Shown here: positions 55,781 through 64,000 of the stretch, in pieces
Layout of the letters: each line of letters begins with the position of its first letter
Numbering within the stretch: position 1 is the stretch's first letter
Origin: Emiliania huxleyi CCMP1516
Taxonomy: Eukaryota
Direction: 5' to 3'
Assembly: GCF_000372725.1 (NCBI RefSeq)
Contig: NW_005201392.1
Location: 785,660-849,659 of the forward strand
Length of the DNA: 64,000 nt
The notes under the pieces: generated by a model
Database searches by the model: none
What the model saw: the letters and a program-made list of their open reading frames with translations, nothing else
Told to the model about the DNA's origin: nothing
Made by a program: the position numbers and the translations under genes

Positions 55781-57975
55781 ATGCAAAAAGGCATCTTGTC
55801 GAACGCTGCACCGCTTGCAGCCTTCGCATCGCGCCGCTGCCGAGGAGCGACTCTTGTCATGCATCAGCTCTCCTCATCGCCCCCGCCCACTTGCCCACCG
55901 CCGATCAATCAGCTCCAGCCAGAGTGGTTTTCATCTACGCCTCCCGAGCTGGCCGCACTCAACAAGAGGGTCATCGAGGAGGCTGAGAAGACGCCCACAA
56001 TGATGGAGCTCGGCGTGCCAGCCTACCGCACGCTCCGGCACGCAGCCTTCAAGCACGGCGACCCGGCACGCTGCGTGGATGTGAGCCTCGCCGGGCTGGA
56101 CGGCTCGCCCGATGTGGCTGCCCGCCTCTTCTTCCCGTCCGCGGCGGCGGAAGCGGCGCCGCGAGGTGCATTGCTGCACCTGCATGCCGGCGGTCTAACT
56201 ATGATAAGTGATGGGTGAATCATTAATCCATGAATCACCAATCCATAGGCGCACTGCTGCACCTCCATGGCGGAGGCTTCGTCATCGGCTCTGCGATGGG
56301 CCAGAACGACGAGCGGCTGCTGCGGCACGCGGAGGCGTTGTGTTAAATGTACACCGGGCGCGGGCACGCACGCGCAATGCACACTCAATGCTCACTCGGG
56401 GGACGGGGATGCGGCCCACTCCACGCCGTTGCTTCTGGCCAGACAGCCGGAGGACAAGACGACTGACACGCATCAGGCGTGCGGTCTGACGGTCGTCTCG
56501 GTCGACTACCGGCTGAGCCCGGAGCACACCCACCCCGCGGCGCTCGACGACTGCCACGCCGCCGCACTCTGGCTCGACTCGCCCGAGGGCCGCGCCGCAG
56601 CGCGGATCGGACCCGAGGCACCCCTGCTGATGGTTTGCGAGTTCCAGATGCGGAACACGAGCCCGTGTATTCCGACCAGCGCATCGGCTGTGTTCAGCTG
56701 CATTGGCCACACTCCTCTCCCTCTGTTCGTTTCCCGTGGATTCAAGCGGTGCGCGATGCCGCTTCCCCGCCCCGACTCGGGTGTGTTCGTGGCGTAGGTT
56801 GGCGAGTCGGCGGGAGGCGACCTCGCCGCTGCCTGATCGTCCGCCTCGCGCGCGAACGTTCTCTGAGCCCTCTCCTGCAGGCTACCTCGCCGCGTCGCTG
56901 CTCGTCCGCCTCCCCCCGCCGGAACGGCGATCGCTCTTTGCGGCGGTCGCCCTGACCTACGGCTGGTTCGACCTCGCCGAGACGCCCTTCTTCAAGGCAC
57001 CGCGCTTCCAACCAGCCCACATACCCCTGGTGCTAGGGAGGGCCGCCAGCAGAGCTGACGCCGGCGGTGCTCTCTGTAGCCCCCTCTAGCGCGGGGCGCG
57101 GGGCGCGTCCTCCTGCATCCCTTTTCACCCCCCCTGTCAGGCGTGGGGCGAGAAGAGACTGGTCGAGACCGCAGGAACCTTCTACGAACCTTCTAGCAAC
57201 CTTCTAGGCGTGGGGCGAGAAGAGACTGGTCGAGACCGCGAATGAGCTGCGCTGGCTCCGCTCGCAGTGCTCCCGGCGCCGACCTACAGCGAACCTGCTC
57301 TGAATGCCTCTCCGCACGCCCCTCTAGGTTCCGCTCGCAGTACCTCGGCACCGGCTTCGACGCGGCCACAGTTTTGCGCGACCCGGACTCGCCGCTGCAG
57401 TGGACCCTTCCGTGAAGCTCCTCTGAACCTTCCTGCAGGCGCGGCTGCGCGACCCGGACGTCTCGCCGCTGCACGCCGACCTCGGTGGCATGCCTCCCGC
57501 CCTGCTCAGGTCTGGCCACACGCGAGCTCCGTCCCTGCCACCTCACCCGGGGTTGTGGTTTGCGTTGCCATTATGCGCTGACCAGCCCCATCCCGCTGCT
57601 CAGCGTGGGGACCGAGGACGCTCTCCTCGAGGATTCCCTCTTCATGTACGCGCGCTGGATCGGTGGCCTAGATGCGGAATAAGATCTGTTTTACTCGTAG
57701 TATTCCAGCTGCACTCGCGAGGACACAAATTCGACGGCATCCGGCTGTAGTTTGCTGTATTCGCAGCCCACGCGATGCTCTCTACCTTCACGATATGTTC
57801 CCCACCCCGACTTTCATGCTCATGGCGTAGGCTCGCAAGCGGCAACCGCGCGGAGCTGCGCGTCTACCCCGGCGCCGCACACGGGATGGGTCACTTCGGG
57901 CCGCACCAGCACACCGAGCAGGGGGAGGGGGCGCTGCGAGCCCTCGAGGCGTGGTACGCGGCGCACTTGCCCTAG
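55781..57975 (+). CDS. Hormone-sensitive-lipase-family alpha/beta hydrolase (esterase), many introns
   Basis: After splicing: [57 protein letters not shown] and YPGAAHG. Confidence 0.88.
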
Positions 57976-59371
57976 GTAGCAGGCTCTGCCTCGGTGCGGA
58001 TTTATTGTGTCGTGATCGTGCTCTTTTGGGGGTGCGCGACCTCTGTGTATCCTGTTGTTGATGTTGTACCATTTATTTTCGAATGATTTATTTTTGTAGA
58101 GCCGCCGCCCTTGCGGCCTTGGGGGGGGGGGGGGGGGGGGCACATGGAAGTGGCCGCCCTCAGACTCTTATATATTTTTAGAGATCTCAAGAGCGAGTGA
58201 CGGGTAATCGTGGCCGTGGCCAAGAAAGATCAAATATTAAGTGCTCTATTTTGCCTACCGCAAAAAACTCGACGGTTTTGGGCGTTTCAGAGCACGCTGA
58301 ATCGATTGGCTTAGCTATAATTCTCGCCAGCCCCTTCCTTTCATAATTATTGACTCAAAACTCGATGATCGCGCGACTTTGGAGCCGTTATAGCTAAGCC
58401 AAAACGTTCCTCTCGAAAAATTGACTTAGGAAGCCGCAAACGGCAGCTTCTGAAAGCCTCACCGGCGCTTATTATTTGATCTTCTCCAAAACTAGGCCTG
58501 CGGCCAAAATTTTCTAAAGGCCGCTGCGCGGCCAGCGCGATGCGCAACCAGTCAGCGACCGACAGTCAGCAGCAGACTGTGACGATTGGCGGCCTCGCGC
58601 CCTCAGTCGACCTCCTCTACCAACTCCCCTGCCCAGCCCATATGCCTCATCCACGGTGGCGCAACCACTCGCGCAGGGAGAGAGAGAAAGTCGGCGATCT
58701 GCGCCGTGCAGATGAGCTCCGCCTCGTCTGCGTCGAGGACGCCCATCGCAGGGCTGTCATAGCGCCATTGCATATGACGTACTGCATGTTGTTCATTACT
58801 TCGCAGGTGCCAAAGTCGAGGATAATCTCACTCAGCGATGGCGAAGGCTGCACTCCCGGCCGGCGGTAGGAGGGATGAAGGTTAATGTACTTCGCAGTGT
58901 ACGGTGCCTTCCGGCGCGAACAGTGCCCGGGACGAAAGAGGAGGCGACGTCTCCCTCGTCCATGGACGGTGTAGCCAGCTTGAGAGACGGGAACGAACGG
59001 CGGTGAATCGCCGACAGCGGCGCCTTCGTTCCTTTCCAGTGAATCGCCGGCGGGTGCCCTGAGCATTGTATCTGTCGGCCAGTTGCCGCACCGCCGGCAG
59101 CAGCTCCGCAGCAGCCGCCCAGATGGCGCCGGTTAGGACAGGAGCGAAGCCGCGTGGACACGGCTGAGCGACGCCGTGCGTCTCGTTTGGATGCTGCAGG
59201 CATGCCGGGCAGCGCGCGTGCTCCATACCGCGTTCGGGCGCCCGCCGAAATCTTCGATTTCTTTGGCGTAGGAAAAAAAACCCTGAAAATTTTCTTCGCC
59301 TGCGGCGCGCAATTAATTTCGATACTTTCGCTTTCACAGCTCTTTCACACGACTTTATCCGTCACTCGCTC

Positions 59372-59800
59372 TCAAACACGACAAAAAGAAACGCACGCCA
59401 ACCATGCGAGGAGCGTCCGGCGCTGCTCGACTTCCGCGAAGCTGCGCACCTGGCCGGCTAGCAGCACGGCCATGGAGGCTGTGGCGCTGGACGGCAGCGG
59501 CGGCAGCGGAAAGCAGCCCCTGATCGCATCGCCCTGGCACACCTCGTCCTTGCTAAGGTTGGAATGCGGCCTGCATAGCCGCCACGTGTCGTCGTCGGGG
59601 TCATTTCCCTTCTTCTGGTAGGGGCCAGCGTAGTAGCTGCTACAGTTTCCCAAGTCAAGCACAGTACGGCAAGCGTCGCCTCCGGGGACCATCCAGTTCG
59701 CTGCACGGCGGCGGCGGCGGCGGCGGCGGCGATAGCGGCGGCGGCGGCGGCGATAGCGGCGGCGGTAGCCGAGGCGGCGATGACGCGGAGCGGCCGCCCT
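59372..59800 (-). pseudogene. Truncated gene fragment (Pro-rich linker, Cys module, start of an 'AVLLAGQVRSF' domain)
   Basis: The reading frame ends shortly after MAVLLAGQVRSF, next to a repeat motif at about 59286-59330. Confidence 0.3.
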
Positions 59801-61132
59801 GGGATGAACGCAAGAGGGCGGCTGGCGGCTGGCAGGCGGTGGCAGAGCTCAAACGCTGTTCACAGCCTTGTTATTGACAAGAAAATACGTCCGATGGCGC
59901 ATGCGCTGGTCTGTGAGAGGTTGAGGTGCGAGCCCTGGAGGCCCTGGGGATGGGGTGAGACTACCCGCGGGCCTAGAAGGCCCGCGCGCAGGGGGGTGGG
60001 ACATTGAGACCGGTCATGAATGAGTGCGCGACACGCATGTTAATAAAAATCTCTCTCGCATGTTGCGAGCAGCGTTGTTGATGTTTTGCGCGTCGCCACA
60101 GACGGCGGCGCGAGAGAGCTGTTGCGAGTGGTGCTGGGCGAAGCCCCGGGCGTTCACATAAAAGCACATCTCCGGGCCCACGACACACCGGTTTCTTCTT
60201 GAAAGTAGGGGGGGGGATATTTTTGTGCCCAGACTGCCTTACTGGGACGGTAGAGTCGAGATCCGCGAGCGAGAGGTGGAACTGGAGCCCTGGTGCGACG
60301 GGTGAGGTGAGCCACCATCACTGTCTATGCGCGCGCGCTGCACATGTACCATCAGCCGTTACAGAACCGTGGACCCGCTCGCGTATCCATGGTGGGGAAG
60401 GGCACCGCGCCTCCTTTGCCCGCACGGGGTCGACGGCTTCCATCGCTGTCGTCGCTCTTCCTCTCGCGGCCGGGCGTGGTATGAATCTGCGCAATCGCTC
60501 TGTACGTGTATACACACTTTCTTGCAGTACCTCTGTGCAGCAGTAGGTCCTCCCTCATCTCGCCCGCCTCTAGAGGTTGTGATGGAGAATGCAATCTCGC
60601 TTGAGAATACCTCATGGGCTGTTTTCTTATTTAATTATCAAAAGGTAAGAAATTCCGCTCTGCCGAGCGATGCCCGGGTCCGACCGCGCGCCGCCGCCGC
60701 CGCGCCACCCGCACCCCGGCCGCCCGCAGGGCCAGCGCCCCACGAGGGTATCTAGATACATCGTGACAGCTGACGACGGGATTACCACTGGCGTGTCGTC
60801 CTCATCGGATTCGACTTCTCCGGACTCCTTCCGTTCGGCGTGGCTCACCCTCCATGCCGTAACAGGCGCCCTCATCCTACATTCTTTCTCGCTCCTCTGC
60901 CCATGTTTTGGTCTTGTCGTTGCCAAGGTTTCGAGAGCGAAGATTTTGAAAACCAAGAAATCACGACTCTCTCTCTCTCTTCTCTCTTCTTCTAGGTTTC
61001 GTGTCCATCAGGCCAACTCAGAGCCCTTGGGGCACTTTTGGGTTACCCAGGCCGGCCAGGGCAAGGGCGGAGGGCGAGGGCGGAGGGCGGAATGCATGGG
61101 CGCCAAGTGGGAGGGAGCGGGCGGGGTGGAAC

Positions 61133-63251
61133 GCACAGAGGGGGGATGGCGAGGGCGGAGGGCGGGAAGGCGGGAGGAGGAGGGCGACGGAAGTTGGCAT
61201 GGGCGGGCGGCGGGTAGTTCGGAGTGGCGGGGGCGAAGGCGAGGGTTCTTGATGACGAGCTGCATGTGCTCCATCTGCAGCGAGAGGCGGCAGATCGACC
61301 GTTCGAGGCGCTCGAGGTCGGCGACGAGGCGTCGCGGAGATCGCGAATGTGCTTGTCGCGCTTTTTGATCTCCCTGTGCTAGAAGTCGATCTTTTGCTGC
61401 AGATTCCGAATCTGAAGCTGCAGAGCCTGGTCGCCGGAGGCTGCCATGCTGGACCAACTGCCGGAGTTGGACGTAAGAAGAAAACGCATCGAGCGGTATT
61501 CCCCCCTTGGGTTATCGGCTCCTATAATGGGGTCTTTTCATCGCAGCGCAAATCTATCGCAGCGCACTCGCCATCTGAGAGAGAGAGAGATTTATGGCCT
61601 TCTTTGCCATCTGTGAGCCTAGCGCAGCGCGAACTCGCCGTCTGAGCCTAGCGCAACGCGAACTCGCTTTGAGCCTAGCGCAGCGCCTCGGACATACCAT
61701 TTTGGCTCGCCAACAAGCCCTCCGCGCCCCCACACCGTTAGGATACTTGGAGCACTTGGAGTGCAGTTGGCAGCCTCACATCCAGGGCCGGGGAGCTAAG
61801 AAGCGCACCCAGCGGGCCGGATGATCGGGATCGGGTTACGGGCTAGAGAGCCCTAGCCCCGGGGGTGCGCGTTCTCAGGGAAAGGGCCTTAAAGTAAACA
61901 CGGGTCTCCGAGGGTTAGTCCGCGCTCCAGGTTTCCCCTAGCAGCGGAGCGCCCCCTCTACTCGGAGCTAATAAACACCAGACCAGAGACACGCCCACGA
62001 CGTACATCCTCACTCGACGTCACCCCTCGAGGCTTCTCCGTTCGGTCTCCCCCCCTCGAAAATAAAATAAATAAATACAACGGACATCCCAAGCTAGGGC
62101 TGGGTCGAGGACAGACACGTCCCCACCTTTGCAGGATTTTGCAAAAGCGAGGGGGGAGGGCGCATCGCCGCGCGGAGAGGGCTGGGCACAGGGCACAGGG
62201 GATCTCTCTCGCATAGGATATGCACTCGGCGGCACGAGGGCAAGGCTGGGCGTCCTATGTTTGTGCTCCCCCCCGGACCCCTCGCTCTCGGGCACTAACC
62301 ATCTGACCACTCATCGACGGGGCTTGGCGAGCGGCCTCTCCCCCCCTCGGTCCGGAGGGGCCCTAGAAAACTTTACAACTCAAGTCTTCTGGGAAGCATT
62401 TTTCCAAAAGCCCCAAGGCGGTGGAGTTCGCCGTCGAAGGGACACGTCCAGCGATCGCCGCCACGATCCCCTCACCGATTCGAGGCACGTGCTGGCTCTG
62501 TGCTGGCGATGCACAGGTTGCTCCTCTACGCTCTCGCTGCCATGAACGGCGGTCCCTTCTCGTCCGACCCANNNNNNNNNNNNNNNNNNNNNNNNNNNNN
62601 NNNNNNNNNNNNNNNNNNNNNNNNNNNNNNNNNNNNNNNNNNNNNNNNNNNNNNNNNNNNNNNNNNNNNNNCGCACAGAGGGGGGATGGCGAGGGCGGAG
62701 GGCGGGAAGGCGGGAGGAGGAGGGCGACGGAAGTTGGCATGGGCGGGCGGCGGGTAGTTCGGAGTGGCGGGGGCGAAGGCGAGGGTTCTTGATGACGAGC
62801 TGCATGTGCTCCATCTGCAGCGAGAGGCGGCAGATCGACCGTTCGAGGCGCTCGAGGTCGGCGACGAGGCGTCGCGGAGATCGCGAATGTGCTTGTCGCG
62901 CTTTTTGATCTCCCTGTGCTAGAAGTCGATCTTTTGCTGCAGATTCCGAATCTGAAGCTGCAGAGCCTGGTCGCCGGAGGCTGCCATGCTGGACCAACTG
63001 CCGGAGTTGGACGTAAGAAGAAAACGCATCGAGCGGTATTCCTCCCTTGGGTTATCGGCTCCTATAATGCTTAATGGGGTCTTTTCATCGCAGCGCAAAT
63101 CTATCGCAGCGCACTCGCCATCTGTGAGCCTAGCGCAGCGCGAACTCGCCGTCTGAGCCTAGCGCAGCGCGAACTCGCTCTGAGCCTAGCGCAGCGCCTC
63201 GGACATACCATTTTGGCTCGCCAACAAGCCCTCGCCCCCACACCGTTAGGG
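61133..63251. repeat. About 600-bp direct duplication (61133-61742 and 62672-63251) across a gap, each copy with short internal tandem repeats
   Basis: Near-identical sequence with small indels; the internal tgagcctagcgcagcgcgaactcgc unit occurs about three times per copy. Confidence 0.9.
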
Positions 63252-63338
63252 CACTACTTTTTCTTCTTTCTATGATTGTGTACCCCCCCCGACTCTATAC
63301 CCCCCATCAAGCCAGGCGGATACCGACTTTTCGCTCAT

Positions 63339-63735
63339 ATGGCGGACGAGGAGGCCAAGCAGCCCGAGCAGCCCGAGCCCGATGTCGCTATCCCCGCCCT
63401 CATCCTCGAGGGAAAGGTGGATGATGACGCGGTGCGGCTCTCACATGCGGCGCCGCCGAGCGCGCGGCGCCGCCATGCCTCAACCCCTCGCCACCACCGC
63501 GCAGGGTATGAAGTCCGTCGACATCTGCATGCCCACGCCGGGCGTGTCGTGGTACGACCGCTGCTTCGCGGGCTTCTCGCTCCAAGTGTGCCGGCCCGAG
63601 ATTCCGTGCCTCCAGAAGGTGAGCGACCCGCAGTTCTTCGGCAAGGACGACAAGATGTCCTTCTTCGCCGCGCTCATCATGGGCGCGCAGCACGCGCTCG
63701 GCATGACCGGCGGCATCGTCACCACGCCGAGCCTC
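63339..63735 (+). CDS. Nucleobase:cation symporter-2 (xanthine/uracil permease, UapA-like), 5' part
   Basis: PQFFGKDDKMSFFAALIMGAQHALGMTGGIVTTP matches the NCS2 TM1 'QH' motif; truncated by the gap. Confidence 0.85.
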
Positions 63736-64000
63736 NNNNNNNNNNNNNNNNNNNNNNNNNNNNNNNNNNNNNNNNNNNNNNNNNNNNNNNNNNNNNNNNN
63801 NNNNNNNNNNNNNNNNNNNNNNNNNNNNNNNNNNNCCCCCCCCCCCCCCTCCCTTCCCCGTGCCTTCCCCCTGACTTCGCCTTCGGCTTCCCCCTCCCTT
63901 CCCCCTCCCTTGCCCCTCCCTTACGCCTCCCTTCCCCCTCCCTTGCCCCTCCCTTCCCCCTGCATTCCCCGTCCCTTCCCCCTCCCTTCCCCCTCCGTTC

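Noticed and set aside
58540..61000. Several short ORFs as transposase or host genes (other than the 59372-59800 fragment)
   Set aside because: No recognisable motifs; likely decayed repeats.
61133..63251. LTR pair of a retrotransposon
   Set aside because: No TG...CA termini, PBS/PPT or coding interior recognised; the second copy begins at a gap, so haplotype duplication is as likely.

Overview
Very GC-rich, intron-containing eukaryotic DNA from a draft assembly with six N-gaps. GC-AG introns, 10-11-bp intronic minisatellites and the gene families present suggest a haptophyte alga such as Emiliania/Gephyrocapsa huxleyi (inference, not checked). Genes recognisable by motif: a partial PH-domain protein, PAT1 (with an unexpected RRM), F-box/RCC1, a SAM methyltransferase, a multidomain TDP1, a secreted GH16-like protein, a 2-RRM SR-like protein, a U-box/UIM protein, RPL30, GST, a CocE/NonD hydrolase, an EF-hand protein, an ALDH-fold protein (assembly scrambled), an MFS transporter, an SDR, an HSL-family esterase and a partial NCS2 permease. 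The most notable gene (50544-53205, minus, two exons) encodes a Venus-flytrap ligand-binding ectodomain, a Pro-rich stalk, one TM helix and a cytoplasmic R-S-E ADP-ribosyltransferase: a putative receptor ADP-ribosyltransferase. The second notable signal is that about ten introns contain a duplicated copy of their own splice-junction sequence plus telomere-like or minisatellite filler, as expected if introns are being born by junction duplication. Several TSD-flanked insertions, a long inverted repeat and tandem arrays are also present. Most of the six-frame ORF track is GC-rich shadow.
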